From assembly GCF_004010195.1 (NCBI RefSeq), contig NC_057751.1, positions 15,793,677 through 15,857,676 of the forward strand: 64,000 nt of DNA, in the 5' to 3' direction. Origin of the DNA: Chiloscyllium plagiosum. Its lineage: Eukaryota. Of this stretch, positions 24,969-36,880 are shown piece by piece. The position numbers were made by a program, and so were the translations under genes. Below the pieces are notes generated by a model. The model had not been told where the DNA came from and did no database searches. It worked only from the letters and a program-made list of their open reading frames with translations. Within the stretch, counting starts at the first letter, position 1. The number at the start of each line of letters is the position of its first letter.

Positions 24969-26515
24969 TGTCATGAACACCGCTTCAAGTCAAGCTCCAA
25001 TCTGGAGCTCCCGGCCCAGAGGCTGGGACTCTACCACTGCTCAACAAGGCCTCCCAAGTATGTGGTACCAAATAATGTGCCCAACAGGGAAGGCAGGAGA
25101 ACACTTTCAGTCCAGACAAGGGAGGGAATGTGGCACTTGCTGCATAATTCCATCAAATAATTGGAGCTGCGAGTCAAAAACCTTAAAATTCACTCCGATA
25201 ATCACAAAAAAAGCCATGTTTTGCTTTGCCAAGGAAATCCTTTGCGTCCTCATGCAATCTCCCCAAGTTGGCGGTGAAGGAGATGACATCAGTAGATTAG
25301 ATTCCCTACAGTGTGGAAACAGGCCCTTCGGCCCAACCAGTCCACACCGACCCTCCGAAGAGTAACCCACCCAGACCCATTTCCCTCTGACTAATGCACC
25401 GGACTAATGGGCCATTTAGCACGGCCAATTCCCCCTAACCTGCACATCTTTGGACTGTGGGAGGAAACCGGAGCATCTGGAGGAAACCCACACAGACACG
25501 GGGAGAATGGGCAAACTCCACACAGACAGTCGCCCAAGGCTGGAATTGAACCTGGGACCCTGGTGCTGTGAGGCAGCAGTGCTAACCACTGAGCGACCGT
25601 CCCGCCTCAATGTAAAGAAAACTGATGTAAAAGCACGAAGGAGACTGGAATGCAAACCTTTGGTCATAAGATGAGATGAGGAAGGGTGGGAAGAGATTTC
25701 CCTGGCACTGGCATCGACTTGATGGGCCCACAGGCCATTTCTGTGCTTTAAATACAGTGTAATGTTCCCTGATGAGAATCATAGAATCCCTACAGTATGG
25801 AGGCGCGTCATTTGGACTATCGAGTCCACGCCGACCCTCTGAAGACCATCTCACCCAGACCCAACCTCCCCCAACTCTGTCCCTATAACCCCGCATTTCC
25901 CATTGCTAACCACATCCCTTAGCACTACGGGGCAATTTAGCACGGCCAATCCACCCTAACCTGCACATCCCTTGGCACTATGGGTAATTCAGCACGGCCA
26001 ATCCACCCCAACCTGTACATCCCTCGGCACTATGGGTAATACAGCACGGCCAATCCACCCCAACCTGCACATCCCTCGGCACTATGGGTAATTCAGCACG
26101 GCCAATCCACCCTAACCTGCACATCCCTGAGCACTATGGGTAATTCAGCATAGCCAATCCACCCTAACCTGCACATCTTTGGACTTTGGGAGGAAGCACC
26201 TGAGGGCAACCCACGCAGACACAGGGGGACAATGTGCAAACTCCGCACAGACAGTCACCCCCTGAGGGTGGAATCGAACCTGGGTCCCTGCCGCTGTGAG
26301 ACACTGAACCACTGTGCCTGCCCCACAGGTCGCTGAAAAAGCCTACGTTCGCCTGAGGGCAACAAAAAGTGTTAGTGGAATCTGGCTCACCTTCGTTTCT
26401 TGCTTCCTCCCGGCACTTGCAAAGCACGGCCAAAGGATCCAACTGCACATGATGCTTGCAGACAGTCATTGGGGGCGGGGGGCACTAATCTCTCCCGGTC
26501 TCCGTGTCGTTGCAG

Positions 26516-26640
26516 GTAACTATTATTACTACCTGCCCTGGTGCGACACAAAGCCAGTGGCCGCCCTGACATCACACTGGGAGAACATCGAGCACAGGCT
26601 GGACAGGTTGAACATCCTCCTCAAAATCATTGACAAGCTG
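26516..26640 (+). CDS. Ferlin exon 21 equivalent, inverted block
   Basis: 125 nt; NYYYYLPWCDTKPVAALTSHWENIEHRLDRLNILLKIIDKL. Confidence 0.97.
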
Positions 26641-27497
26641 GTGAGTGCCCACTGTGCAGGGCGAAGCAGAGTGGGGCTCTTTCAGAACACTTCTGACGTC
26701 ACTCAGTTTGTCTCTCTCTTCCCCAGCAGATATTTCCAGCTGCTCCCCCTTTTCCGATTCCTGAGGGGCTCTTCTCACTGCTCCCCCATCCTGTTCGAGC
26801 CTCCCTCAGAGTAGTTTGACCAGACGCACTTCACTGTGCAGATGGAGGGAAACTGCAGCAGAGAGTATTGGGAGGCGTGGACTGCATGGGGGATCTCGTT
26901 CCTTCATTTGTTGTCTTCAGTTTTCAAATCAGTTCCACGCCATCCATTTCCCCCCGTTGTCCCACACCCATGTGAATACTGTCAGGACAGGAGGAGGCTG
27001 CTTAGCCAGTCTGGGGCCAGAGAGATCCCAAAGGCATCCCCGAATTGGAACCGGCCAGCCAACTAACAGGCACTAGTCCACGATGCGTGACGGTGGCAAT
27101 TTACCCACTCCCAGCGGAGGTGGTAGAGGAGGGTTTGCCAATCTGATGGGCCTCTCTCAGTCATTCCTTATTCCAACAAAGCCAGCACACGGCTGCTAAG
27201 GGTCAACATTGCGCGAGAAATGTGGGCGCTCGTGGTGGGTATGGAGGTGCATCAGTGGGGACAGAAGTTTCTCAACTGGCTGTCAGTGGGCATGAGCAAA
27301 CCGTGTGCTCGATGTTCCTCTGGAACACAGTGTCAGTTCCTGAGTTCAACCAGCACCAACTCAATGGTGCCTGCTCAGCGCTAGCACCTGTGAGGAATTT
27401 CTGCACCGCTGGCCCCTGCTTGGGTCGATTGGGTGGCTGTTGGTGTCGAGGGATATCGTCTTTGCCACACTGTTGGTGTTCTCACATTTTTTTTAAG

Positions 27498-27598
27498 AGA
27501 GCCAACCTGGAGGAGATCAGGACAACGTTGCCATCTGAAGGAAGTCGCCTCACTGGCATGTGGGTGAAGATGCTCGACAGGGTCGTGAAGGATTGCAA
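27498..27598 (+). CDS. Ferlin exon 22 equivalent (FerA), inverted block
   Basis: 101 nt; RANLEEIRTTLPSEGSRLTGMWVKMLDRVVKDC(N); phase 0 to 2. Confidence 0.88.
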
Positions 27599-27859
27599 GT
27601 AGGTGCCAGACGCAACCAAATGCCCACAAAAAGTCCAATGGTTGGTTCAACACTTGGTCATTGGACACGGAAGGCCCTCTCTGGTTAGATTGAAACATTC
27701 CCTCTCCCCGTGGCACCTCTCAACACTTCTCTGTTGATTTTCTTTATTCATTCCTCGGATTTTATCATCGCTCCGGAGTGGGCATTTGTCACCCACCCCA
27801 GTCACCTTTGAACTGAGTAGCTTGCTGGGCCATTTCAGGGAGAAGAGTCACCCACATTA

Positions 27860-28592
27860 TAGTCACCGAAACAAACCCTCCGGCCCAACCAGTCCGTGCT
27901 GACCCTAATCCCAAACGAAACTAGTCCCACCTGCCTGCTCCTGGCCCACATCCCTCCAAACCTTTCCTGTTCATGGATTATCCAAATGTCTTTTAAATGT
28001 TGTAATTGTGCCCACACCCACCACTTCCTCAGGACGTTCGTTCCACACGTGAACTACCCTCAGTGTAAGAACTTTGCCCCTCATGTCTTTTTAAAGTTTC
28101 TCTCCTTTCACCTTAAAAATGTGCCCCCTTGTCTTGAAATCCCTCAGCCGATGGAAAGACAACTCCCATTAATCCTATCTGTGCCCCTCATTATTTTATA
28201 AACCTCTATCAGGTCGCCTCTCAATCTCCTACTGTCCAGTCAAAAAAGTCCCAGCCTATCCAGCCTTTCTCTATAACTCAAACCTTCCATACCTGGCAAC
28301 GTCCTGGTAAATCTCTTCTGAACCCTCTCCGGCTTAATAATATCCTTCCTATAAGAGGATGACCAGAATTGGACACAGTACTCCAGAAGAGGCCTCACTA
28401 ATGTCCTGTACAACCTCAACATGACGTCCCGACTCCTATACTCAAAGGTCTGAGCAATGAAGGCAAGCGTGCCAAATGCCTTCTTCACCACCCTGTCGAT
28501 ATGTGAGACAAACTTCAAAGAATTATGTACCTGAACCCCCCTCGGTCCCTCTGTTCTACAACACTACCCAAGGCCCGACTTTTAATTGTATC
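27860..28592 (-). mobile_element. CR1 LINE 3' fragment
   Basis: ORF 28240-28518, KKAFGTLAFI..LVRPLLEYCVQFWS. Confidence 0.9.
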
Positions 28593-28887
28593 TTATTGAG
28601 ACTTGAAGGGCCAGATGGATTAGCAGAGATAGATGTTTGAAGACTGGTGCAGAAAAGGTAGCTGAAGGGTCTCTTCCCATGCTGTAATGCTCTGATTCTA
28701 TCATTTGTGACGTCAAGTAGGATAGTAGCAATTCTCTGGTTTCCTGATGACTTACTTTATATTTTTAAGTCACGATAAAAGGCCAAGAACAGACTTGGCT
28801 TTGTAGATATTGACGCTTCATCACTTGGTGGTGACCCAATGGTGAATGACCCTGATTGGTACTCTTTGCTTGCCCTGTTTGTTGCAG

Positions 28888-29080
28888 TCGCTCCCTGCCA
28901 CCGTTGAAAAGGCTTCCTCAAGTGACTGCCCTCGATCAGCAGCTGTATGACCAGCAGGTTTTGCTGCTTAAGAAGATCAGGAAGTCGGCAGAGAAGCTGA
29001 GAGACAGAAACATCAATGTGAAGGAAAAGCTGCCTGAAGTTGAAGAGTGGCTCGAGAGGCTGTCTGTACTGGCTGAGGAG
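28888..29080 (+). CDS. Ferlin exon 23 equivalent (FerA), inverted block
   Basis: 193 nt; RSLPPLKRLPQVTALDQQLYDQQVLLLKKIRKSAEKLRDRNINVKEKLPEVEEWLERLSVLAEE. Confidence 0.95.
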
Positions 29081-29204
29081 GTTTGCTTTTGATACTGGCT
29101 GCAGGTGGAAGAGAGTGGGGTTTGCCCATGTTGTCCTTGTTGAAAGGAGGACATGTCGCAAAACAGAATTATAACCACTTCATTGTTTTGCGTTGTAGTT
29201 TAGG

Positions 29205-29274
29205 AAACATGGCACTCCCTTGGTACTGACCCTTTGACAGTGTGGCACTCCCTCAGCACTGATCCTCCGACAGT
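29205..29274. repeat. 33-bp minisatellite running into the 500-N gap
   Basis: Two units of the same repeat, then N. Confidence 0.9.
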
Positions 29275-29774
29275 NNNNNNNNNNNNNNNNNNNNNNNNNN
29301 NNNNNNNNNNNNNNNNNNNNNNNNNNNNNNNNNNNNNNNNNNNNNNNNNNNNNNNNNNNNNNNNNNNNNNNNNNNNNNNNNNNNNNNNNNNNNNNNNNNN
29401 NNNNNNNNNNNNNNNNNNNNNNNNNNNNNNNNNNNNNNNNNNNNNNNNNNNNNNNNNNNNNNNNNNNNNNNNNNNNNNNNNNNNNNNNNNNNNNNNNNNN
29501 NNNNNNNNNNNNNNNNNNNNNNNNNNNNNNNNNNNNNNNNNNNNNNNNNNNNNNNNNNNNNNNNNNNNNNNNNNNNNNNNNNNNNNNNNNNNNNNNNNNN
29601 NNNNNNNNNNNNNNNNNNNNNNNNNNNNNNNNNNNNNNNNNNNNNNNNNNNNNNNNNNNNNNNNNNNNNNNNNNNNNNNNNNNNNNNNNNNNNNNNNNNN
29701 NNNNNNNNNNNNNNNNNNNNNNNNNNNNNNNNNNNNNNNNNNNNNNNNNNNNNNNNNNNNNNNNNNNNNNNNNN
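29275..29774. other. Assembly gap, exactly 500 N
   Basis: N run; right boundary of the inverted block. Confidence 1.
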
Positions 29775-30192
29775 CAGAGATGTACAGACAGAAATAGACC
29801 CTTCGGTCCAACTCATCCATGCCGACCAGATATCCCAGCCCAATCTAGTCCCACTTGCACCATATCCCTCCAAACCCTTCCTATTCATGTCCCCATCCAG
29901 ATGCCTTTTAAATGCTGTCATTGTACCAGCCTCCACCACATCCTCTGGCAGCTCAGTCCATACACGCATCACTCTCTGCATGGAAAAGTTGCCCCTTCGG
30001 TCTCTTTTATATCTTTCCCCTCTCACCCTAAACCTATGCCCCTCTAGTTCTGGACTCCCCCACCCCAGGGAGAAGACTTTGTCTATTTATCCTCTCCATG
30101 CCCCTCATGATTTTATAAACCTCAATAAGGTCACCCACGGCCTCCAGGGAAAACAGCCCCAGCCTATTCAACCTCTCCCTGTAGCTCAAATA
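29775..30192 (-). mobile_element. CR1 LINE 3' fragment abutting the 500-N gap
   Basis: RERLNRLGLFSLE..GDLIEVYKIMRG. Confidence 0.9.
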
Positions 30193-30922
30193 GCCTCCTT
30201 CTGTATTGTCAAATTCTACGATTTCATGATGACAACCAATCAGATTTTTTTGTGATGCCAACTGAAGGATAAGTAACATAAGACCATAAGACACAGGAGC
30301 AGAAATTAGGCCATTCGGCCCATCGAGTCTGCTCTGCCATTCAATCATGGCTGATAAGTTTCTCAATCCCATTCTCCCACTTTCTCCCCTTAACCCTTGA
30401 TCCTCATCTTGAACTCCAGGAAGAATACACCTGTTCTTATACAAAATACTTCCACAGGATTATTTCACAATTGTTCATCTGAGCGGGCAGATGTTTAAAC
30501 TCAGTTTAAGGTCTCGTCAAAAAGCCAGCACCTCACGCAGTGCAGCACTCCCTCGGTGCTCTCAGCCTGGATGTTCATACTCAAGGGGCAGGACGGAAAC
30601 CTGGAGCCCCGCCACTCAGAGAGAAAAAGAGCTACCCACTGAGTCAACGAACGCCACAGACAGCTCACCGTCACCTTCTGAGGGGCAATAACAGGAAATG
30701 GGCATCAGAAGCTGTCCTGGTCTCCAGCCTGGGATTGAATCATGGAACCTCCAATTTGCTGTCCTGGGACACTCTCCCCTACTCAGATACTCCCTCACCC
30801 TTCAGAAAAACTGGGGCGGCGCAGGAGGATTCCAACTCCACTCTCTCCTGACCCCTGCAGCTCACTGTCCAAAGCCAGTGCACCACTGGGTGGCCCACCA
30901 CGAAGGGTTGCGCGCGGCTCAC

Positions 30923-31023
30923 CTTTCTGCCGGCGAAACTAACTTCCAGAAATGAGTCGACACCTTCCTTATCCCTGTCTCCCCCGAACACGTGCTTCAA
31001 GTTCGACATCAGCCCTTTGGACA
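30923..31023 (-). CDS. Ferlin exon 13 equivalent (C2C)
   Basis: 101 nt; (M)SKGLMSNLKHVFGGDRDKEGVDSFLEVSFAGRK. Confidence 0.93.
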
Positions 31024-31694
31024 CTGGAAATTAAGGAAGACGGTAAGTGCTTCAGCCACTGAGTGTTTGTGCCTGCACTGTCCCTCTCCATTTCCTTGGT
31101 CACATGTGACATTGTGGTGCTCAGAGTCAACCTCCTCCTACCTCTCCCTGTCTTGTCCATAGCCCCGGAGACTGGCATCGCACAAGTGGGTGTGCTCCCG
31201 GCTTCGGTAGTTTCGTCTGCCTTCACTGAGAACAAAAATGGGAGCTGCGTGAAACCTGTCGGCGGGACAGGAAGGAGAGGGGCTGTCACAATCCACTCCT
31301 CCAGGAGTCAGGCTGCCCCGTGACACACACAGAGTTGCACTCAGGCACAGGCACCTGGGGATCTGTATGGAGACCCCAAACAACACAGAGGACACGGAGA
31401 GGACACCTGACACATGGAGCTGCAGTGGTACATCGTTCAGGAGGGGCTCAGAGTAAGGCCCCAGAGACATGGGTTCAAATCCTTCCACATCAGGTGGTGG
31501 GATTTACATTTCCATAATAAATGTGGAAAAAATAATTTGTATCAGTATTGGCGACCGTAGATAATCAGTGTTGATTGTCATAAATACACAGCAACTAATG
31601 GAATGAAACTGAACCAAAAGAACAAGAATCTGGAATCGAAGGCTAACCTCAGTTATGGCCTACAGTCTTAGCAATTGTTGTAAAGCCCCACCAG

Positions 31695-32290
31695 GTTCAA
31701 GAGGATTGGAGTGTAAAAGCAGTGACGTGCTACTGAGATTTTATAAAGCTCTGGTTAGGCCCCATTTGGAATACTGTGTCCCAGTTTTGGACCCCTCACC
31801 TCAGGAAGGACATACTGGCACTGGAGCGTGTCCAGCGGAGATTCACACGGATGATCCCTAGAATGGTAGGCCTAACATGCAATGAGCGGCTGAGGACCCT
31901 GGGATTGTATTCATTCGAGTTCAGAAGATTGAGGGGAGATCTAATAGAAACTTACAAGATAGTGCATGGCTCAGAAAGGTTGGACATTAGGGAACTGTTT
32001 CCTTCAGGCGGGGATACTTGGATCGGTGGGCACAGCCTTAGAATTAGAGGGGGTCAATTCAGAACGGAAATGAGGAAACATGTCTTCAGCCTGAGAGTGG
32101 TGGGTCTGTGCAATTGCCACGGAGTGCAGTGGAGGCCGGGACGTTAAACGTCTTCAAGGCAGAGATTGATAAATTCTTAATCTCGCAAGGAATCAAGGGG
32201 AGAGTGCCGGTAAGTGGCGTTGAAATGGCCATCAGCATGTGGACCCGATGGGCCGAGCGGGCTTACTTCTTAGGCTCACTGCTGTTCTGA
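31695..32290 (+). mobile_element. CR1 LINE 3' fragment
   Basis: YKALVRPHLEYC, ALERVQRRFTRMIP, RRLRGDLIETYKI. Confidence 0.9.
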
Positions 32291-32559
32291 AGGTACACGA
32301 GGTCCTTACGCCACTCGACCTACACTTGGTGTCACACCCACAACAATGTGATCATCTCTTTCAAACCCTCAAACTCACGACGAGAAACAGGCAGTAAGTG
32401 CAAGACCCACATCCTCGTAAATGAATAAAAACAGGGAGGGGACAGGGGGGAGCCAATGGCTGTGGAGGGGATGCTGTAAAACTCAGCCAGGATGCGCTCA
32501 TACTCTCAAAACCAAGCACTCGCGTCAAAGCAATGCTTCTCGGTGTTTCTGTGACGTAC

Positions 32560-32683
32560 TGTGCGAGATGTCCTCCGCTCGATAGATCTTCACCTCAAAG
32601 GTGACCCATCGGGAAAGGATGCCTGCTGGCTGCAGTAGGTTACTCTCAACATCATCCTCTTCATTTGTCCCTCTCTTGTCTAT
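32560..32683 (-). CDS. Ferlin exon 12 equivalent (FerI/C2C start)
   Basis: 124 nt; IDKRGTNEEDDVESNLLQPAGILSRWVTFEVKIYRAEDISH; donor gtacgt. Confidence 0.95.
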
Positions 32684-32864
32684 CTGGTACAGCAAAGGGA
32701 TTTCAATTACAACAACAACAAAAGCATTTCTTTGGTGCCTTCTCATTTACCAAAAAATTCCCAGCAATGAAAAGGAAAGCATTCACCTCCATGCTCGCAA
32801 ACTTCCATTCATAATTACAACCAATCACCTTTTTTTCCTTATCATTATCAAATAATCCTTACCA

Positions 32865-33378
32865 TAAGGATATTATTTAATCGGAGGGGGTTCAGAAGAG
32901 ATTTACCAGGATGTTGCCAGGACTGGAGGGTGAGAGTTATGAGGAGAGGCTGAAGAGATTGGGACTTTTTTCACTGGAGCGTGGGAGATTGAAGGGTGAC
33001 CTTACAAAGGTTTATATGGTCATGAGGGTGAGAGATAACATAAACGGTGATGTGTTTTCTTTCCCTCGTGGGGGGGATTTTCAAGACTAGGGGGCATATT
33101 TTTAAAGTGAGAGGAGAAAAATTTAAAAAGGACACAAGGGGCAATTATTTTTAACACAGTCAGTGGCTCGTGTGTGGAATGAACATCCGGGGAAGCGGTG
33201 GAATCGGGTACAGTTACAATGTTTAAAAGACGTTTAGCTAAATACATGAATAAGAAATGTTGGGAGAGACACTTGCCAAATGCAGGTTGGTGGGACTAGT
33301 TTAATTTGGGAACATGGTCAGCATGGACAAGTTGGGCCAAAGAGCCTGTTCCTGTGCTGTGTGATTCTATGAGTCTAT
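32865..33378 (+). mobile_element. CR1 LINE 3' fragment
   Basis: VQKRFTRMLPGLEG and tail. Confidence 0.85.
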
Positions 33379-33865
33379 CTCCTTCAATGCTGTAGTGACA
33401 ACCAGGGAGTGACTGAAGGAGTTTCAGTTCACTCGCATTGTCTCCAAACTCCACACTCCCCTTCCACATCACTTCCTTCTACATTCACCCCCAAGTCTCT
33501 GAGAACAGCACCACCAACCATACCTCAATCTCAACAGACTGTTAATGTATTCAGTTGGTGCTAGATATGCAATGTGTCTTGCTGTAAAGTAACGTTTACA
33601 AGTGAACAAAGTCTCGGCCACAGTTCCACATTTTTACTTCCTGGCTCTCTGAGTCTTTGACCGTCCGTTCACCATCTCCTCACCAACACTCATGAAACCA
33701 TTGTCCTGATCCAATTCTTGATTGTATCACATTCTGACCATTTCTCTAAAGACACTCTCCATCACAAGAAACACGCCCGACTGCCCAATTGATCCTGTGA
33801 AGTTCCCACTGCTTCTAGGTACCGCTATGCTCTCCCTCCCTGTCCTCAAGGCCAACCTCCCTCTC

Positions 33866-34172
33866 CTGAACCACATGGCCGCCATTTTCCATGTCCCTGA
33901 ACGACGTGCTTGTCATCTTCCCTTCCCCTGAACGACGTGGCCGCCATTTTCACTTCCCCTGAACCACGTGGCCGCCATTTTCACTTCCCCTGAACCACGT
34001 GGCTGCCATTTTCCCCTTCCCTTGGGCCATGTGCCCACCATTTTCCTTTCCCTGAACAAGTGCTCACCACTTTCCCTTCCCCTGAACCATGTGGCCCCCA
34101 TTCTCTCTTCCCCTGAACTATGTGGCCCCCATTTTCCTTTCCCCTGAACCACTTGGTAGCCATTTTCCCTTC
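33866..34172. repeat. 31-bp minisatellite, 10 copies
   Basis: Unit CTGAACCACGTGGCCGCCATTTTCACTTCCC. Confidence 0.9.
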
Positions 34173-35165
34173 TTGGCTCCTGCCTTAGATGGCATGACAA
34201 ATTATTCCCAACTCCAGCCACTTGCCCGCTCTTCTGTCAAAATCATCATCAATATCCCAGAAGCCTCAAAAGGTCCAACCTGTCCTTGCAAACATCCACT
34301 TTTATATCCAACCTCTCCTGCTCTCCTAAGGTCTTTGAACATGCTCCTCCAACTAACCCCTTGTTTCTAACTCTCCAGGTCAGGTTTCCACACTAAAGCC
34401 ATCATCTCCATAGCGGTTTTTCTCTGAAACCTGAGCAGGGGGTGGGGGGGGTTAATCACACTATGCTCTTCCAACACCCTCCTTCTCTCGACCAGCTGGG
34501 TGCAACTGAGTTCACTCTTGCGTTTGTAAATGGAACATCCCCACCACCAGCCATATGAGTGCTCCTTCCCTCCTACACACAGGCCACAAGACACAGGAGC
34601 AGAAGTAGACCACTCGGCCCATCGAGTCTGCTCTGCCATTTAACGAGATCACAACTGACCTGGTAATCCCACTTTCTGGTCTTTTCCCCAGAAACGTAGA
34701 TCCCCCTCACTGATTAAAAAATCTGTCCGTTTCATTCTTGAAAGTACACCGTGACCCATCTCCAATGCCTCTTGTGACCCCCTTTGCCAATCTCAGTGCT
34801 GCGGGACTGAGTATCTGAGGGCCAATCCTGGACCAGACACGGTTAGCTACGCCCGATGGTCCAGGGGAGAGGCGTGGTGGGGGAAAAAGGAGTGTTTGTG
34901 TGTGCAAGTTCAGGGATGAGTAAGGGTGAATTCAGGAACCCGAAGGCAGCAAAGGATTCATCCTGTACCCCTTGATGGAGTGTTACGCCACTCCCCCACA
35001 GGTGGACAAATGCACATGGTTATCAAAGTGGTACACCCCTGCAATAACAACATCATCCCTTTCTCCCACCCTCCCTCCATCCCACAACTGGAATCAATGT
35101 TCAAAGAGTGACGTTCCACACAGCAGGAATATTTTGCAATCCCCGACTTGCCAGAGTGCTTTCCG

Positions 35166-35491
35166 AGATGGAAATGTGTTGCTGGAAAAGCGCAGCAGGT
35201 CAGGCAGCATCCAGGGAACAGGAGAATCGACGTTTCGGGCATTAGCCCTTCTTCAGGAATGAGGACAGTTTGTCCAGCAGGCTAAGATAAAAGATAGGGA
35301 GGAGGGACTTGGGGGAGGGGCGTCGGAAATGTGATAGGTGGAAAGAGGTCAAGGTGAGGGTGATAGGTCAGACTGGGGTGGGGGCGGAGAGGTCGGGAAG
35401 AAGATTGCAGGTTAGGAAGGCGGTGCTGAATTTGATGGATTTGACTGAGACAGGCTGGGGGGAGGGGAAATGAGAAAACTGGTGAAAACTG
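35166..35491 (-). mobile_element. Penelope-like 3' segment (pyrimidine-rich UTR, hammerhead, family-A tail)
   Basis: C-rich UTR leading into an intact hammerhead core and the tail; GTGCTTTCCG repeated at 35156-35165 and 35492-35501. Confidence 0.75.
35229..35256 (-). ncRNA. Minimal type-I hammerhead ribozyme core (Penelope-associated, family A)
   Basis: Minus strand reads CTGAAGA-A-GGGC-TAAT-GCCC-GAAAC-GTC: intact CUGANGA and GAAA boxes, perfect 4-bp stem II, ACGT palindrome as helix III. Stem I is weak. Confidence 0.7.
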
Positions 35492-35562
35492 GTGCTTTCC
35501 GGGCAAGAACGTACTCAAAAGGAACAGATCCCATACGACCAGGAAAGTGTGGTTGTGCTCAC

Positions 35563-35678
35563 CGGTGCTTCGTCCCCCGCTGTCAGGATGATGATGCTGA
35601 CTTTCAGGTAGCCTTTGGCCATGGACTGCACATCATCTGGCTCGTACAGGAGTAACCACTTTCGTAACACTGCGTGAT
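35563..35678 (-). CDS. Ferlin exon 11 equivalent (C2B end/FerI)
   Basis: 116 nt; [38 protein letters not shown]. Confidence 0.96.
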
Positions 35679-36682
35679 CTGTGACAGAACACCACCGCAG
35701 CACTGTTACAAAGAGCTCAAACAGTAGGGGAACCCAACTGGTCAGTGCTGGCCCACAGGAGCCTCAACGCGTTCGGTCCCTTTCTCCCCCACAACTTTAT
35801 CCGGCTGCAATGCAGCCAAGTTTGAGATGACGCATTTGGGGAGGAAGACAATCAAAAGATAGGTCTAAAGTAGGGGGTCCAATTCGAAAGGGGAAGCAAC
35901 GGCAGAGGGACTTGGGGGTACATGTGCACAGATTATCAAAGGAGGCAGGAGAGTAAACAGAGCAATTAATGAAGCCTATAGTGTCCTCAGCTTTATTAAC
36001 AGGGCCACAGAGTACAAGAGCAGGGAGGTGATGTTGAACTGGTACTTGTCAGACCTCAGCTGGACTACTATGGCTCGAGGCACCACACTACAGGGAAGCT
36101 GTGAAGGCACTGAAGAGATTGCAGAAGCAATTTCCCCAGAACAGTTCCAGGGATGGAGAATTTTGGTTATGAGGACAGACTGAAGAAGTTTGGAGTATTC
36201 TCCTTGGGAGAGAAGAAGACAAAGAGGGGATCTGATAAAGCATTCAAAATGACGAGGGTGCTGGATTGAGAGGGAGAAATCATTCCCACCCGTAGAAGGA
36301 ACAAGGTCGAGAGGGCAATGCTTTTGAGTGCTTTTGCAAAAGAAGCAAATGTCAGACAAGTTTTTTTTACACACCGAGTAGTTTGGAATTTACCCGGAAA
36401 TGCAGTGTAGACAGAATCAATTGAGACGTCAAGAGGGCATTGGAGGATTATCTGGATAGAAATAATGCATAAGGGTATGGGGGTGGGGGAGGGGAGAACG
36501 CAGGAAATTGGCAGGAGGTAACAATGCACATTTGAAATGCAGATTCAATGGGCCGAATGGCTTCCTCCTGAGCTCTAACAATTCTTAATTCTCCTGTGAT
36601 TCACTTTAACTGAATCGCTGCTATTCCCCTCAGCCACTCCACGTGTCCCAAGTTTAACTGAATCCCTTCTTGGTGAGACGAA

Positions 36683-36880
36683 GGTGTGGTGCTGGAAAAG
36701 CGCAGCAGGTCAGGCAGCATCTGAGGAGCAGGAGAATCGACGTTTCGGGCATAAGCACTTCATCAGGAATGCTGAAACGTGGACTCTCCTGCTCCTCGGA
36801 TGCTGCCTGACCTGCTGTGCTTTTCCAGCACCACACTCTCCACTCTGATCTCCACCATCTGCAATCCTCACTTTTTTCCC
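36683..36880. mobile_element. Penelope-derived fold-back element (family A)
   Basis: Inverted arms at about 36685-36746 and 36774-36836 around a hammerhead core. Confidence 0.8.
36739..36766 (-). ncRNA. Hammerhead ribozyme core (family A)
   Basis: CTGATGA-A-GTGC-TTAT-GCCC-GAAAC-GTC; one stem II mismatch. Confidence 0.6.

Noticed and set aside
12326..29080. A second, antisense nested ferlin gene or a trans-spliced arrangement
   Set aside because: These exons exactly fill the hole in the minus-strand gene, with no duplicated exon, no start or stop, and 500-N gaps on both sides; mis-orientation is simpler.
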